The notes under the pieces are model-generated. The model was not told the DNA's origin, did not search any database, and was given only the letters and a program-made list of their open reading frames with translations. A stretch of DNA of 32,000 nt from Acaryochloris thomasi RCC1774 (GTDB lineage Bacteria; Cyanobacteriota; Cyanobacteriia; Thermosynechococcales; Thermosynechococcaceae), in contig NZ_PQWO01000001.1 in assembly GCF_003231495.1 (NCBI RefSeq), positions 60,001-92,000 on the forward strand, read 5' to 3'. The position numbers and the translations under genes are program-made. Position 1 is the first letter of the stretch; each line of letters begins with the position of its first letter. Positions 1 through 11,283 of this stretch are shown in pieces.

Positions 1-204
1 ATGCTCAGCGTTAGCAACAGCAGACCGTAGAGCTTTGAGAATCGGGTCACAGGCTCGGTAGGGCATGAACTCCAGCAAGATCAAGGCATCACGATAACTC
101 TGGCCTCGAATCTGATCCAAGACACGGCGCACCTTTCGGGGAGACATGCGGATGTATTTAGCCGTGGCGTAAGCGCCGTTAATATCTTTCAGTTGATTTG
201 ACAT
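1..204 (-). CDS. rplV: 50S ribosomal protein L22, N-terminal 68 codons (gene runs off the left window edge)
   Basis: My reverse-complement translation from the ATG at 204-202 gives [68 protein letters not shown]. This is the typical L22 N-terminus, in the expected position after rpsS. Confidence 0.93.
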   Translation of the reverse strand, partial: MSNQLKDINGAYATAKYIRMSPRKVRRVLDQIRGQSYRDALILLEFMPYRACDPILKALRSAVANAEH

Positions 205-215
205 TGTTGTGCTCC

Positions 216-494
216 TTACATCCGAGCCTTTTTATCGCTTTTCGAGTGGCTGCGGAATGTGCGAGTCGGCGCAAATTCTCCCAGCTTGTGGCCCACCATC
301 TGCTCTGTCACATATACAGGCACATGCTGCCGGCCATTGTGAACCCCAATCGTATGACCAATCATCTGGGGCAAAATTGTAGAGGCTCGGGACCACGTTT
401 TGATCACTTGCTTATCACCCTTAGCGTTTAAGACTTCAATCTTTCGCATTAGGTGATCCGCAACGAAGGGACCTTTTTTGAGAGAGCGGGGCAT
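216..494 (-). CDS. rpsS: 30S ribosomal protein S19
   Basis: 92-aa ORF beginning [15 protein letters not shown] and containing [29 protein letters not shown], the canonical S19 sequence. It lies between rplB and rplV. Confidence 0.97.
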   Translation of the reverse strand: MPRSLKKGPFVADHLMRKIEVLNAKGDKQVIKTWSRASTILPQMIGHTIGVHNGRQHVPVYVTEQMVGHKLGEFAPTRTFRSHSKSDKKARM

Positions 495-548
495 AATCGT
501 GAAACCTTGTCAGTGGCTATTAACTCAATAAAAACTAGAAGAAAGTGC

Positions 549-1412
549 TTATGACGCTCGACCGCCTCGACTCCGCTTAGAAGTACGACGACGGCGGCGT
601 ACAATCAGGGCATTGCTCCCCTTATTTTTCTTGCGGGTTTTGTAGCCCAAGGTAGGTTTACCCCAAGGCGTGACAGGGCCTGCACGACCAATAGGCGCTC
701 TACCCTCTCCGCCACCATGGGGGTGATCGCAAGGGTTCATAACAGAACCTCTCACCTTTGGCCGACGGCTTTTCCATCGGTTTCGTCCTGCTTTACCAAG
801 GGTAATGTTGTTGGCTTCAACGTTGCCGACTTGGCCAACAGTGGCGTAACACTCTTTACGGAACATTCGCACCTCGGTTGAGGGCAGCTTCAGGGTAACC
901 ATGTCGCCCTCTTTAGCCACGACCTGAGCAAGTGCGCCTGCAGAGCGGACAACTTGCCCTCCCTTACCAGCCACCAATTCAACATTGTGTACCTCTGTAC
1001 CAAGGGGGATATTGGCTAACGGCAATGCATTTCCAATCTCAATGGGGGATTCTGGGCCGGACACAACTTCATCCCCTACGTTGAGTCCCCGAGGGTGAAG
1101 GATATATCGCTTTTCTCCGTCCTGATAATTAATCAGGGCAATACGTGCATTACGGTTAGGATCGTACTCAACGGTCGCAACCTTCCCAGAAATCCCGTAC
1201 TTGTTGCGGTAGAGATCGATAATCCTGTAGCGGCGTTTATGACCACCGCCTCGCCGCCGACTAGTGATTACGCCTCGATTGTTTCGGCCCTGATGACGGT
1301 GCTTTGCACCAACAAGGGATTTCTCCGGGCGATCACGCGTAATCTCGGCAAAGTCAGAGGATGTCTTTTGCCGGGATCCAGCGGTATAGGGTCGGTATGA
1401 TCGAATGCCCAT
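549..1412 (-). CDS. rplB: 50S ribosomal protein L2
   Basis: 287-aa ORF with [14 protein letters not shown] and a basic C-terminal tail. The operon context fits. Confidence 0.98.
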   Translation of the reverse strand: MGIRSYRPYTAGSRQKTSSDFAEITRDRPEKSLVGAKHRHQGRNNRGVITSRRRGGGHKRRYRIIDLYRNKYGISGKVATVEYDPNRNARIALINYQDGEKRYILHPRGLNVGDEVVSGPESPIEIGNALPLANIPLGTEVHNVELVAGKGGQVVRSAGALAQVVAKEGDMVTLKLPSTEVRMFRKECYATVGQVGNVEANNITLGKAGRNRWKSRRPKVRGSVMNPCDHPHGGGEGRAPIGRAGPVTPWGKPTLGYKTRKKNKGSNALIVRRRRRTSKRSRGGRAS

Positions 1413-1474
1413 AACAGTAAACTCTTAGTCGATTGCAAATAAGGCTAGTTCTAAAAACGAGAGAGAAAGGTGAC

Positions 1475-1777
1475 CTAGACCTCGGGGAATAGAGTAATCG
1501 TGTCGCCTTCAGCTAGGGTCACAATTGCTTTTTTATACTGAGGCTTATGGCCAATGAAACGTCCCATCCGCTTTTTCTTCAATGGCGGCTTGTGGGTGCT
1601 AATCCCTACAACTTTGACCTCGAAAAGAGACTCAATGGCTTCTCTGATTTGTGGCTTATTAGCTCTAGGATCAACTTCAAATGTGTACTGGTTATTTTCA
1701 AGCAGTAATGTCGCTTTTTCCGTAACGATGGGGCGGCGGACGATGTCGGCTAAGGCCGATGGCGTGAATTTAGTCAC
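1475..1777 (-). CDS. rplW: 50S ribosomal protein L23
   Basis: I trimmed the 152-aa ORF-track entry to the GTG at 1777. That start is preceded by AGGAGG plus a 6-nt spacer and overlaps the rplD stop by 8 nt (GTGACTAA). The result is a 100-aa product, [23 protein letters not shown]..., of typical L23 size and sequence. Confidence 0.9.
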   Translation of the reverse strand: MTKFTPSALADIVRRPIVTEKATLLLENNQYTFEVDPRANKPQIREAIESLFEVKVVGISTHKPPLKKKRMGRFIGHKPQYKKAIVTLAEGDTITLFPEV

Positions 1778-2402
1778 TGTAAACCTCCTGGATTTTTGCG
1801 ATCGCATCTTCAGTCGCCACAATCCGGTCGGAGGCGAGCAAATCGTAAACATTAAGATTCGCAGCAAGAACCAGCTTGATACTGGCGTTGTTACGCGCCG
1901 ACAGATAGACGTTCTCCTGCTTATCGGCCACAATCAACAAGACTTTAGAGCCTTCCTCAATACCCCATCGGGCCAGAGCCGCGGCTAATTCCTTTGTCTT
2001 TGGACGAGGGAGCTTATCAACAAAGTTCTCAACAACAACCATGTCATCTGAACGACTACTGAAAGCCGTTGTCAAAGCAAGGCGTCGCTCTTTGCGATTC
2101 ATCTTGACCGAATAATCACGAGGACTGGGGCCAAAAATGACGCCGCCACCACGCCAGAGCGGAGAACGGTTCGAGCCCGCTCGCGCACGTCCTGTCCCCT
2201 TCTGCTTCCAAGGCTTGCGGCCACCCCCGCGCACCTCTGCACGCGTCTTACTTGCCACTGTCCCTTGGCGGGCGTTAGACATCTGTCGCCGCATTGCCCG
2301 ATGAACAATGTGGGCTGCATTTTCTTCGCGAGCAATTCTTAGGTCAACCGTAGCCTCACCTGACTCTTTGCCTTCCCAATTGTGAACAACACAACTAACC
2401 AT
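1770..2402 (-). CDS. rplD: 50S ribosomal protein L4
   Basis: 210-aa ORF containing [35 protein letters not shown], the L4 signature. Confidence 0.97.
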   Translation of the reverse strand: MVSCVVHNWEGKESGEATVDLRIAREENAAHIVHRAMRRQMSNARQGTVASKTRAEVRGGGRKPWKQKGTGRARAGSNRSPLWRGGGVIFGPSPRDYSVKMNRKERRLALTTAFSSRSDDMVVVENFVDKLPRPKTKELAAALARWGIEEGSKVLLIVADKQENVYLSARNNASIKLVLAANLNVYDLLASDRIVATEDAIAKIQEVYSD

Positions 2403-2436
2403 AACGATTCTCTCAAGATAATCTCAACGAACAGAT

Positions 2437-3075
2437 CTAGGACTGACCGACAATTGTGGCAGGCCGAATGTTCAGGAGAGAACCCGCCTTCCCAGGCACG
2501 GCACCCTTGATTAACAGAACATTACGTTCAGCATCAACCTGAGCCACCGTTAGCTTACGAACCGTTACCGTTATACCGCCCATGCGTCCCGCCATTTTCT
2601 TGCCTGGATAGATACGACCAGGCGTGGTACCCGCCCCCGTCGATCCGGGTTGACGATGGTTCTTAGAACCGTGGCTCATTGGCCCTCGCCTAAAGTTATG
2701 ACGCTTCTGATAACCCGCAAAACCGCGACCGATAGAAGTCCCTGTCACGTCGACAAGCTGATCTTTACTAAACAAATCAGCGGCCAGCCCCTGCCCTAAT
2801 TCAAAACCGCTAACGTCTGCCATGCGATACTCCCGCAGGTGACGCATGGGCGTAGCGCCAGACTTCTTCAAGTGTCCAAGTTCTGGCTTTGTCAAGAGCT
2901 TCTCTCGAGTTTCGCCATAAGCAACCTGGACCGCTGTATAGCCGTCAGTTTCCTTTGTCTTAATTTGAGTGACCGCACAGGGGCCCGCCTGTACGACAGT
3001 GACCGGAATAGATCGGCCTTCTTCATCAAAAATCTGGGTCATACCCAGCTTTGTCCCTAGGATTCCAACGGACAC
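2437..3075 (-). CDS. rplC: 50S ribosomal protein L3
   Basis: 212-aa ORF beginning [17 protein letters not shown] and containing [13 protein letters not shown]. It is the first gene of the operon with no rpsJ upstream, which is the usual cyanobacterial arrangement. Confidence 0.97.
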   Translation of the reverse strand: MSVGILGTKLGMTQIFDEEGRSIPVTVVQAGPCAVTQIKTKETDGYTAVQVAYGETREKLLTKPELGHLKKSGATPMRHLREYRMADVSGFELGQGLAADLFSKDQLVDVTGTSIGRGFAGYQKRHNFRRGPMSHGSKNHRQPGSTGAGTTPGRIYPGKKMAGRMGGITVTVRKLTVAQVDAERNVLLIKGAVPGKAGSLLNIRPATIVGQS

Positions 3076-3317
3076 GGCAATCGTCTCCCATTACGTCATA
3101 ACACCGACAATACAAGCTCGGAAGCGTTGCACCTATCAGCTACTGTGCTCGATTTGCAGACTTGAATGCCAGAATGGCAAACCATACCTAGAGACTTTCA
3201 GCTCTCCAAGCGTGGAAAAGGAATCAAGTTTCGAATAGGGCTAAAGATTGGCCTCATTCATGCCAGGACTTGAACTAGCAAGCTAATTCAGTATCCCTAT
3301 CTCGGCAACAGCTAACT

Positions 3318-3346
3318 ATCATAAGTGAGTTTTGAGACTGTGTCTA
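3318..3346 (-). promoter_or_regulatory. Candidate sigma70-type promoter for the rplC operon
   Basis: On the minus strand, TAGACA (3346-3341), a 17-nt spacer, then TATGAT (3323-3318). It would give a 5' leader of about 235 nt. This is pattern match only. Confidence 0.2.
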
Positions 3347-3453
3347 GTAAAAAATATTATTTGCGATCGCAACTCCCCTGACAAAGCTCTATAATCCCTC
3401 CTATACATGGGTTGAGGCATCAAATGAGAATGGCACGAGCAAAGAAAATGAGG

Positions 3454-4356
3454 TTACTTCCAGTTCTCTCGACGCAGCAAAGGATTTATGTACTCATTGA
3501 GTCCTTCTCCAATCAATGAGAGTCCCACAATCATCAGCGTCATTGCGAACCCCGGGAAAAACGTTGTCCACCAGATACCGGTCGAGAGCCCTGTGAGGGC
3601 CAAGCTCAGATCATGCCCCCACTCAGCGGTCTCTTTCGGTAGTCCCAACCCCAAAAAACCAAGCCCAGCTAAAGTGCCGATAGCATCAGCCGCATTCAAA
3701 GTAAACAACACGGGAACGCTTTGCATGACATTCAAGGCTAGGTAACGAGAGAGAATGCGCCAAGGGGACGCCCCCAAAGACTGAGCCGCCTCCACAAACA
3801 ATTCCGCCTTGATGCTCACCGTATGATTGCGCACGACCCGGTAATACTTGGGGATATAGGCAATGCTTAATGCTAGGGCAGCATTGAGAGTCCCTCGACC
3901 GACAGCGAAGGCAAATGTCACCGCCAACAACAGATTTGGCAGCGTGCTCATTGTATCCATCAAAAACAGAAGAGCGAGATCAAGCCTGCCGCCCAAATAG
4001 CCGCTGAGCAACCCTAAGAACACACCGACCGACAAACTCAAAAGCGTTGCTTTTAAGACAACATCAAAGGCAGCGCGCGAGCCAAAGACAGTTCGGGCAA
4101 AGACATCATGCCCTTCGCGATCTGTTCCAAACCAATGCTGAGCAGAGGGGGAAGCGTGAGGGACATTGTAGGCGTCCCCATTGCGAAAGATAGTGGGGTC
4201 TTGAAGCCAGCCCCAATCTTGAAACGTGGGAGACAATATGGCGACAAGGGCAAAAACCAGCGTGATCACCAACCCTAGAGCCATAAATTGCACAGAAAGG
4301 CTCGGATTCTGCAAAAAGCTCTCCGCTTTTAGCCAAGGCTTCTTAGCAGCGGTCAT
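3454..4356 (-). CDS. ABC transporter permease, DppC/OppC (peptide/nickel) family
   Basis: 300-aa multi-TM ORF with HWFGTDREGHDVFAR and EAAQSLGASPWRILSRYLALN, motifs typical of Dpp/Opp C-type permeases. No partner ABC genes are adjacent. Confidence 0.88.
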   Translation of the reverse strand: MTAAKKPWLKAESFLQNPSLSVQFMALGLVITLVFALVAILSPTFQDWGWLQDPTIFRNGDAYNVPHASPSAQHWFGTDREGHDVFARTVFGSRAAFDVVLKATLLSLSVGVFLGLLSGYLGGRLDLALLFLMDTMSTLPNLLLAVTFAFAVGRGTLNAALALSIAYIPKYYRVVRNHTVSIKAELFVEAAQSLGASPWRILSRYLALNVMQSVPVLFTLNAADAIGTLAGLGFLGLGLPKETAEWGHDLSLALTGLSTGIWWTTFFPGFAMTLMIVGLSLIGEGLNEYINPLLRRENWK

Positions 4357-4463
4357 AAGGTACCATAAGAGAAACTTAGGTAAGAATACAGATTACAAAA
4401 AAAGGGTTTTAGTCTATAATCCAGACCAAAACCGGTGTGGTGGCCCAATTGAAACATAATAAT

Positions 4464-5810
4464 ATGTCTACTTTGTCACAGGATTCATCGAATCAGTCCG
4501 CTGAGGCGCAGAGTGAATCTGCGGCCAAAGCAAAAGATGAACAGCCCATGCTTCAGATCTGGGGCGGCCGCCCTCTGGAGGGGCACGTTCAGGTCAGTGG
4601 CGCTAAAAATTCGGCACTGGTCTTAATGACAGGGGCGCTGCTAGCGTCTGAGCCTTGCCGGTTAAGCAATGTTCCGGCCTTGGCTGATATCGCGCGCATG
4701 GGTGAGATTTTAACCGCTCTTGGCGTCGGTATTACCCAAGGGAAGCATGTCCTAGAAATCGATCCCCGACACATTACCAAAACGAGTGCTCCCTACGAAC
4801 TTGTGAGTCAATTGCGAGCTAGCTTTTTCGCCATCGGTCCTCTGCTGGCCCGCATGGGGGAAGCAAGAGTTCCCCTGCCGGGTGGCTGTGCGATCGGCGC
4901 ACGCCCCGTGGAGATTCATGTAGATGGACTCAAGCAGATGGGGGCTGAAGTCTATATTGAGCACGGCACAGTGCATGCCTACGCGAAAAAACTCAAAGGC
5001 GCTCGGATCTATATGGACTACCCCAGTGTTGGGGCCACGGAAACCCTGATGATGGCCGCCACGCTAGCGGAGGGAGAAACTGTTCTAGAGAATGCAGCTC
5101 AAGAACCAGAAGTTGTTGACTTGGCTAATTTCTGTCGGTCAATGGGTGCTCAAATTCAGGGAGCAGGAACCAATACAATCGTGATCTCGGGAGTACCGAG
5201 ACTTCACGGAACGGATTACCAAATTGTGCCGGATCGAATCGAGGCCGCGACCTTTCTAACGGCGGGGGCGATCACACGCTCCGAAATTACGGTAGAGGCT
5301 CTAGTGCCAGGACATTTGACAGCTGCGATCGCAAAGTTAAAAGCCATCGGCTGTCAGCTTATCTCTGACAAACCTGACGCATTGCGCATTGTCCCAGGAG
5401 ATGTGCTGAGAGGGGTTGATATTGAGACCTTGCCCTATCCCGGTTTCCCGACCGATATGCAGGCTTTATTTGTGGCATTGCTAAGTCTCTGCGAGGGCAG
5501 CAGCGTTGTCACTGAAACAGTTTATGAAAATCGACTTGGCCATGTACCAGAGCTGAAACGCATGGGGGCCGACATAAAAATCAAAGGCAACAATGCCATG
5601 ATTCAGGGCGTTCCACAGCTGTCTGGCGCTCCCGTGACAGGAACCGATTTGCGCGCCTCTGCCGCAATGGTCGTGGCTGGATTAGCCGCTCATGGGCAAA
5701 CAACGGTCCAGGGTCTCCATCATCTTGATCGGGGATACGACAACATTGAAGCCAAGCTCAGAAGCTTAGGGGCCAAAATTGAACGCATCGATCCGGTCGC
5801 AAAAGTCTAG
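4464..5810 (+). CDS. murA: UDP-N-acetylglucosamine 1-carboxyvinyltransferase
   Basis: Contains [23 protein letters not shown] and [14 protein letters not shown] (active-site Cys loop). The start is ambiguous among GTG 4437 (ORF track), ATG 4464 (chosen) and ATG 4548 (MLQIWGG). Confidence 0.94.
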   Translation: MSTLSQDSSNQSAEAQSESAAKAKDEQPMLQIWGGRPLEGHVQVSGAKNSALVLMTGALLASEPCRLSNVPALADIARMGEILTALGVGITQGKHVLEIDPRHITKTSAPYELVSQLRASFFAIGPLLARMGEARVPLPGGCAIGARPVEIHVDGLKQMGAEVYIEHGTVHAYAKKLKGARIYMDYPSVGATETLMMAATLAEGETVLENAAQEPEVVDLANFCRSMGAQIQGAGTNTIVISGVPRLHGTDYQIVPDRIEAATFLTAGAITRSEITVEALVPGHLTAAIAKLKAIGCQLISDKPDALRIVPGDVLRGVDIETLPYPGFPTDMQALFVALLSLCEGSSVVTETVYENRLGHVPELKRMGADIKIKGNNAMIQGVPQLSGAPVTGTDLRASAAMVVAGLAAHGQTTVQGLHHLDRGYDNIEAKLRSLGAKIERIDPVAKV

Positions 5811-5848
5811 TCCTAGCGCGTCTGAAACAGCAAGCCAATACTCCATGA

Positions 5849-5886
5849 CTGCGGGAGGCCAACACCGGCCCCCCGCAGCTTGTTTT
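5849..5886 (+). terminator. Intrinsic terminator downstream of murA
   Basis: CTGCGGGAGGCC-AACACC-GGCCCCCCGCAG forms a GC-rich hairpin (7 + 4 bp with one mismatch), followed by CTTGTTTT. Confidence 0.6.
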
Positions 5887-5941
5887 AAAGACCCGTGGCA
5901 CAATATCAACAGATGTGTACGGTAGGTTAGGTTAGGCACTC

Positions 5942-6787
5942 ATGTCTCCGAAAGTCTCGCTCCTGGGTCTCAAAGCTAGTCAGTTTCGTCATCCCGTTGA
6001 CCAAGAAGCGACCGCAGCCCTCAGTCAACTACCAGGAATGGATTGGGCTATCCGAAGTCTGTTAGGAGGGATGGCAGAGCAGGTCTTTTATCTAGACAAC
6101 ATTTCATCGAGTGTACTGGTGGGAGAGCAGCAGCTTCCTGATTTATTCCAGCTCCTGCAGGAAGCTTGTCAAGTTTTAGATTTAGAGGTACCACAGCTCT
6201 ATATCAAGCAAAATCCAGTCCCTAACGCTTACACCTTTGCAATGCGAGGTAAACAGCCCTTTATTGTCCTCCATACATCGCTTATTGAGCTACTAGAACC
6301 AGCAGAGATTCAGGCTGTGATTGCCCATGAGCTCGGCCATCTCAAATGTGAGCATGGAGTATATCTAACAGCAGCAAATTTGATGATGCTAGCGGTAGGT
6401 CAGCTCTCTCAGTGGGGGGCAGTATTGGCCCAGAGCCTGCAGATGCAGCTGCTAGCTTGGGTCAGATGTGCCGAATTCACTTGCGATCGCGCCGGACTTT
6501 TAGTGACCCAAGATGCCACAACAATGGCCTCCGTACTCATGAAGTTAGCCGGTGGTTCACCCACCCTTTCACCACAGCTCAACGTGGAAGCGTTTCTAGC
6601 GCAGGCCAGAGCGTATGACCAAATGGATCATGAGTTAAGCACCTTACTGAAATCGGTACGAACCGCAGAATTAACGCATCCGCTTCCCGTCTTAAGAGCC
6701 CGTGAAATCGATCGATGGGCCAATGGCGCAACCTATCAAGATTTGCTGAGTACTCAGAAGACAGAAATCGGATGGCGGAACTGGTAA
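5942..6787 (+). CDS. M48 family zinc metallopeptidase
   Basis: 281-aa ORF with the HEXXH motif (IAHELGHLKCEHG) in a typical M48/Ste24-like context. Confidence 0.85.
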   Translation: MSPKVSLLGLKASQFRHPVDQEATAALSQLPGMDWAIRSLLGGMAEQVFYLDNISSSVLVGEQQLPDLFQLLQEACQVLDLEVPQLYIKQNPVPNAYTFAMRGKQPFIVLHTSLIELLEPAEIQAVIAHELGHLKCEHGVYLTAANLMMLAVGQLSQWGAVLAQSLQMQLLAWVRCAEFTCDRAGLLVTQDATTMASVLMKLAGGSPTLSPQLNVEAFLAQARAYDQMDHELSTLLKSVRTAELTHPLPVLRAREIDRWANGATYQDLLSTQKTEIGWRNW

Positions 6788-7015
6788 CTGCAACGCCAAG
6801 GTCTGTCTGCCCCCAGAACATCTTCGAGACCCTTAATATCAGGCTCAGCGGATCACCTTGATCCTCAAACGCTATCTTGCAATTCCCCGCAAGTCTGGTT
6901 CGGCGGTCTGATACGATTGATGGTTGATACGTAAAAAAGAAAACAGTCTTAAAGTACTGCAGTTTAAAAACGCAATCAAAAAGACGCAATCAGGGCAATC
7001 TGGAGGGATCTCTGC

Positions 7016-8062
7016 GTGGATAATGTTATTGGATTAGAAATTATTGAGGTTGTTGAGAAAGCAGCAATCGCATCAGCTCGGTGGATGGGCAAAGGCGAAA
7101 AAGATACTGCAGATGAAGTTGCCGTAGAGGCCATGCGAGAACGCATGAATGAGATCCACATGCGAGGTCGCATTGTGATCGGAGAAGGAGAGCGAGATGA
7201 TGCTCCCATGCTCTACATCGGTGAAGAGTTAGGAATCTGTACTCAGGAAAACGCAGCGGAAGTTTGTAATCCTGATGAGTTAGTAGAAATTGATATTGCG
7301 GTTGATCCCTGTGAAGGGACCAATTTAGTGGCCTATGGCCAAAATGGCTCCATGGCTGTGCTGGCAATCTCAGAGAAAGGTGGCCTGTTCGCAGCCCCTG
7401 ACTTCTACATGAAGAAGTTAGCTGCACCGCCTGCCGCCAAAGGCAAAGTGGACATTAATAAGTCCGCAACTGAGAACCTAAAAATCTTGTCAGAGTGCCT
7501 CGATCGCTCCATTGATGAGCTAGTGGTTGTCGTTATGAAGCGAGAGCGTCACAACGACCTGATTAAAGAGATTCGAGAAGCAGGCGCACGAGTTGCCTTA
7601 ATCAGTGACGGTGACGTTTCTGCGGCGCTATCCTGTGCTTTCTCTGGCACCAATATTCACGCTTTAATGGGCATTGGTGCAGCCCCTGAAGGTGTCATTT
7701 CTGCTGCGGCCATGCGTGCATTGGGCGGTCACTTCCAGGGACAGCTCGTTTACGACCCTGAAGTCGTCAAGACTGGACTCATCGGGGAAAGCAAGGAAAG
7801 CAATCTTGCGCGCCTCAAGAGCATGGGAATTACAGATCCCGATCGGGTTTATGAGGCAAGTGAACTGGCTTCCGGCGAAACCGTCCTGTTCGCGGCCTGC
7901 GGCATTACACCCGGCACGCTGATGAAAGGCGTTCGCTTCTTCGGGGGTGGTGCACGGACCCAATCCCTGGTTATCTCTACTCAATCAAAGACCGTTAGAT
8001 TCGTGGATACGATCCATATGTTTGAGAAGCCCAGTCGCCCGAAAGCACTCCAGCTTCACTAA
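7016..8062 (+). CDS. glpX: Class II fructose-1,6-bisphosphatase / sedoheptulose-1,7-bisphosphatase (cyanobacterial dual F/SBPase)
   Basis: GTG start. The sequence [67 protein letters not shown] matches the GlpX-type cyanobacterial enzyme. Confidence 0.93.
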   Translation: MDNVIGLEIIEVVEKAAIASARWMGKGEKDTADEVAVEAMRERMNEIHMRGRIVIGEGERDDAPMLYIGEELGICTQENAAEVCNPDELVEIDIAVDPCEGTNLVAYGQNGSMAVLAISEKGGLFAAPDFYMKKLAAPPAAKGKVDINKSATENLKILSECLDRSIDELVVVVMKRERHNDLIKEIREAGARVALISDGDVSAALSCAFSGTNIHALMGIGAAPEGVISAAAMRALGGHFQGQLVYDPEVVKTGLIGESKESNLARLKSMGITDPDRVYEASELASGETVLFAACGITPGTLMKGVRFFGGGARTQSLVISTQSKTVRFVDTIHMFEKPSRPKALQLH

Positions 8063-8108
8063 GCAAAGAGTTCTGTTTATTTGAACGCGACTACCCTAGG
8101 GAGAGAAC

Positions 8109-9410
8109 ATGAATATTGCAGTTGTGGGTCTGAGCCACAAGACAGCCCCTGTCGATGTGCGAGAGAAACTCAGTGTCCCTGATGATGCAAAGGAACGTGC
8201 GATCGCACAGTTGCGGAGCTACCCACACATTGAGGAGGTCGCTCTGCTCAGCACCTGCAATCGCTTAGAAGTTTATGTTGTCGCCCATGAGACCGATCAG
8301 GGGATTCGGGAACTAACGCAGTTTCTGTCTGAGTGGAGCAAGCTCCCTCTCGCAGAACTGCGTCCTCATTTATTTGTTCTACTTCATCAAGATGCAGTTA
8401 TGCATTTAATGCGAGTAGCTGCTGGGCTCGATAGCCTCGTCCTGGGTGAAGGACAAATCTTATCCCAGGTGAAGCACACCCATAAATTGGGGCAGAAATA
8501 TAGCGGCACGGGACCTATTCTCAACCGTCTCTTCAAGCAGGCAATCTCTGCAGGCAAGCGGGTTCGCACTGAAACAAGTATTGGCACCGGAGCCGTTTCT
8601 ATTAGCTCTGCTGCGGTTGAGCTGGCTCAGGTGAAGGCTGACAATCTGAAGGAGTGTCGAGTTGCGATCATCGGAGCCGGTAAGATGTCTCGCCTGTTGG
8701 TGAAACATTTGATCAGTAAAGGCGCACATCAGATTTCGATTGTCAATCGCTCACTCAAGCGAGCAGAGGAGCTTTCGGCACAGTTTAAGGATGCCAACCT
8801 GCAGCTTCACGAGATGGGCAATATGGAGCCTGTTCTAGCCCAGTCTGATCTCGTATTTACTAGTACCGGGGCAACTCAACCGCTGTTAACGCGACAGATA
8901 CTAGAGCCAATTGTGGCGACTCTAGAATCTTTGATGATCGTTGATATTTCAGTGCCTCGAAATGTTCATTCTGACGTGAGTGAGCTTTCGCAGGTTCGTG
9001 CGTTTAACGTTGATGATTTGAAAGCCGTAGTGGCACAGAATCAAGAGAGCCGTCGTCAGATGGCGATTGAAGCCGAAACGCTACTAGAAGAAGAACAGTT
9101 TGCCTTTGATACGTGGTGGCGTTCTTTAGAAACGGTTCCTACTATTAGCAGTCTAAGAGCTAAGGTAGAGGACATTCGTGAACAGGAACTAGAGAAAGCA
9201 CTTTCTCGTTTAGGTTCGGAGTTTGCAGAAAAACATCAAGAGGTGATTGAAGCACTGACCCGCGGAATCGTGAACAAGATTCTGCATGATCCTATGGTGC
9301 AGCTTCGCGCTCAGCAAGACATTGAGGTCCGACGCAAAGCGATGCAATCACTCCATATGCTGTTCAATCTTCAACAAACATCTGGGCAAGCTGTTAAACG
9401 TAATACCTAG
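8109..9410 (+). CDS. hemA: Glutamyl-tRNA reductase
   Basis: 433-aa ORF beginning [21 protein letters not shown], with STCNRLEVY (catalytic Cys) and the NADPH-binding GAGKMS motif. Confidence 0.96.
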   Translation: MNIAVVGLSHKTAPVDVREKLSVPDDAKERAIAQLRSYPHIEEVALLSTCNRLEVYVVAHETDQGIRELTQFLSEWSKLPLAELRPHLFVLLHQDAVMHLMRVAAGLDSLVLGEGQILSQVKHTHKLGQKYSGTGPILNRLFKQAISAGKRVRTETSIGTGAVSISSAAVELAQVKADNLKECRVAIIGAGKMSRLLVKHLISKGAHQISIVNRSLKRAEELSAQFKDANLQLHEMGNMEPVLAQSDLVFTSTGATQPLLTRQILEPIVATLESLMIVDISVPRNVHSDVSELSQVRAFNVDDLKAVVAQNQESRRQMAIEAETLLEEEQFAFDTWWRSLETVPTISSLRAKVEDIREQELEKALSRLGSEFAEKHQEVIEALTRGIVNKILHDPMVQLRAQQDIEVRRKAMQSLHMLFNLQQTSGQAVKRNT

Positions 9411-9434
9411 TCATCACGATTTACTATTTTATTG

Positions 9435-9486
9435 CCCCTAAGCTAAGTTCTCCATTGATAGAGGACTTAGCTTAGGGGCTTTTTTA
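9435..9486 (+). terminator. Intrinsic terminator downstream of hemA
   Basis: An 18-bp stem, CCCCTAAGCTAAGTTCTC / GAGGACTTAGCTTAGGGG (one G-T pair), with an 8-nt loop, followed by CTTTTTTAT. Confidence 0.8.
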
Positions 9487-9726
9487 TAGCGGATTATTAT
9501 GAAGTAAAAACCCAGGGTATTGAGCTGAGAATTCAATCTCAACTATACCCGTTCTAAGCTGAGGCTTCACTGCACGGAGTCTGTAAGAAGAACGCGATTT
9601 CAAGTCCCCTAGCATGAGGGATTTAGTGGGCCGTCAGCGATTTGCGTTGAGTATGTATTCTAGAGCGGCGTCAACTCTGGGAAAGGAGAGCAGACGCAGA
9701 AGTATTCGCGGATTCATGCAAGAGGT

Positions 9727-10704
9727 CTACTGCTTGAAGTCCTGAGGCCCTTGATACCCTGAGGCTTGTGCTAGCTCTTCTAAAGATTGACTACCAAACA
9801 AATACTTGCCGTTGACGTCCCAGGTCGGGAAACCTGCTTTTTCTCCCGTTTCTTTTTCAATTTTGGTGAATAAGTCTTGGCAAACCTGAGGCTGGGAATC
9901 TTTGCCGTCTGGAGAGCATTCAACGTAGGGCATCTCACTCAAGGCCGCGACCCCGAAAAGCTTCTTTTGATCGTAACAGTGAGGACACCAATACGCCCCG
10001 TACATATTGGCTCCCACTGATTTAAGATGCTTCGCTAGCTCAATTTCAGCCTCACTGGACTCTTTCTCAACGCTGAAAAAGACTTCACCTGTTCCTGATT
10101 CAATGTTGTAAGCCTCTGCCACGGGCTGGCCGATGGGGGCATAGACGGCCAAAGTAGCAATGATCGTAATCAGGCCAACGATCACGCCCGAGAAGAGGAG
10201 CTGGCCTATGTCGTCCCAGGCGCGCCCCATGAGAGTCAGCACAAACATGGCGGTGGCAAAAAAAGCGGAGGCGATGCAGTAGATGCAGACGGCCTCTGGG
10301 CCAAGAGGGACAACAAACTTGGTCACCATGATGTACATCAGATAGAAACTGAACAACATCATGGCTGTGGAGCCAAGAAATAACAGCAGCCAGGTCTTAT
10401 TTTCTAGGTCAATGCGGAGCTGCTTTTTCTCGGTGGGATTGATGGCTAATGGCCCCAAAGCAAAAACGGCCATGACAATATAGGCAATCAAACCAAACAA
10501 CGCCAAGGGCTGACCGAAGACCGTGGCGTAGGGACTGGATAAAACTTTTGCACAGCCCTCAGTGGGACAGGCGGTTTCAGAACCAAGCAGGCGAGTCGCC
10601 GTAATGTAGGCAGTATTGATGGCCCCTAGAGTTGCGATCGCACCTATCGCGGGCCGAGACCAGCGGTGCAGCACAGAGGAGGATTTAGAACGGCGACGGC
10701 TCAT
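9727..10704 (-). CDS. Vitamin K epoxide reductase (VKOR) family protein fused to a C-terminal thioredoxin-like domain
   Basis: The N-terminal multi-TM region carries the Cys pair CPTEGC and the CIYC (CxxC) motif. The C-terminal soluble domain carries WCPHC. This is the known cyanobacterial VKOR-Trx fusion architecture. Confidence 0.88.
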   Translation of the reverse strand: MSRRRSKSSSVLHRWSRPAIGAIATLGAINTAYITATRLLGSETACPTEGCAKVLSSPYATVFGQPLALFGLIAYIVMAVFALGPLAINPTEKKQLRIDLENKTWLLLFLGSTAMMLFSFYLMYIMVTKFVVPLGPEAVCIYCIASAFFATAMFVLTLMGRAWDDIGQLLFSGVIVGLITIIATLAVYAPIGQPVAEAYNIESGTGEVFFSVEKESSEAEIELAKHLKSVGANMYGAYWCPHCYDQKKLFGVAALSEMPYVECSPDGKDSQPQVCQDLFTKIEKETGEKAGFPTWDVNGKYLFGSQSLEELAQASGYQGPQDFKQ

Positions 10705-10825
10705 AGATACTTCCCAGCTTGGAATGTCAAATCGAATCTATCTTAGATCATAGAGCGGAGACTTAAACTTGTCCCCCTCTCAGTTAACAATGGAAACAGC
10801 AACGACTTGAGGGAGCTGCCCAGTC

Positions 10826-11281
10826 ATGACTATCGAACAGTGGTTTAACATTGCCAATGTTTTCGTCCTTCCCTTCTGGGCACTGATGATTTTGCTACCG
10901 AATTGGACCTTGACCAAGCAAATTCTCAGTTCCCTTCTGCCTTTTATTGCTCTGGCACTGCTCTATGTGGGCCTATTGGCGCTGTCGCTGACGCCAGAAG
11001 CAGCCCAGGCCATGTCCAATCCTGATTTGCCCGCGATCGCCGGATTTTTTGCAGAACCCAGTGCCGCTGCGACGGGTTGGGTCCACTTCTTAGTAATGGA
11101 TCTGTTCGTAGGCCGCTGGATTTACTGGGAAGGTCAGCGACTGGGGGTCTGGACAATTCACTCTCTGATACTGTGCTTGTTCGCTGGTCCCTTGGGATTG
11201 TTATCCCATATCGTGACGGCGGCAATACAGGAGCGTTTTTTCCCGCGCTCAGAAGTTCCTGAAGTTTCGTCGGCTTCTTAA
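10826..11281 (+). CDS. ABA4-like / DUF4281 membrane protein
   Basis: 151-aa, 4-TM ORF with NVFVLPFWALMILLPNW and WVHFLVMDLFVGRWIY, motifs I associate with the ABA4-like family. The stop lies 2 nt before the next gene. Confidence 0.7.
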   Translation: MTIEQWFNIANVFVLPFWALMILLPNWTLTKQILSSLLPFIALALLYVGLLALSLTPEAAQAMSNPDLPAIAGFFAEPSAAATGWVHFLVMDLFVGRWIYWEGQRLGVWTIHSLILCLFAGPLGLLSHIVTAAIQERFFPRSEVPEVSSAS

Positions 11282-11283
11282 AT

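Noticed and set aside
198-431. 77-aa plus-strand ORF antisense to rpsS, and similar antisense ORFs at 1095-1400, 1554-1988, 2099-2335, 2839-3060 and 2969-3238
   Set aside because: All lie opposite strongly recognisable ribosomal-protein genes and have no motifs. They are typical shadow ORFs.
1778-1933. N-terminal 52-codon extension of the rplW ORF in the ORF track
   Set aside because: It overlaps the rplD coding sequence and gives a non-L23-like hydrophobic leader. An AGGAGG-GTG start at 1777 gives a normal 100-aa L23.
3390-3395. Perfect TATAAT on the plus strand upstream of nothing (it would drive antisense transcription into the permease gene)
   Set aside because: There is no acceptable -35 at 17-18 nt (TCGCAA). 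A single perfect hexamer is expected by chance at this sequence length.
6579-7209. Two minus-strand ORFs (6579-6989, 136 aa; 6976-7209, 77 aa)
   Set aside because: They overlap the 3' end of the M48 peptidase gene, the intergenic spacer and the 5' end of glpX. They have no motifs and an odd composition, and are probably spurious.
9490-9726. 42-codon ORF (starting ATGAGGGATTTAG) and weak hairpins in the hemA/VKOR convergent spacer as a small gene or sRNA
   Set aside because: The ORF runs into the 3' end of the VKOR gene on the opposite strand, has no RBS, and the stems are only 4-6 bp. The evidence is insufficient.
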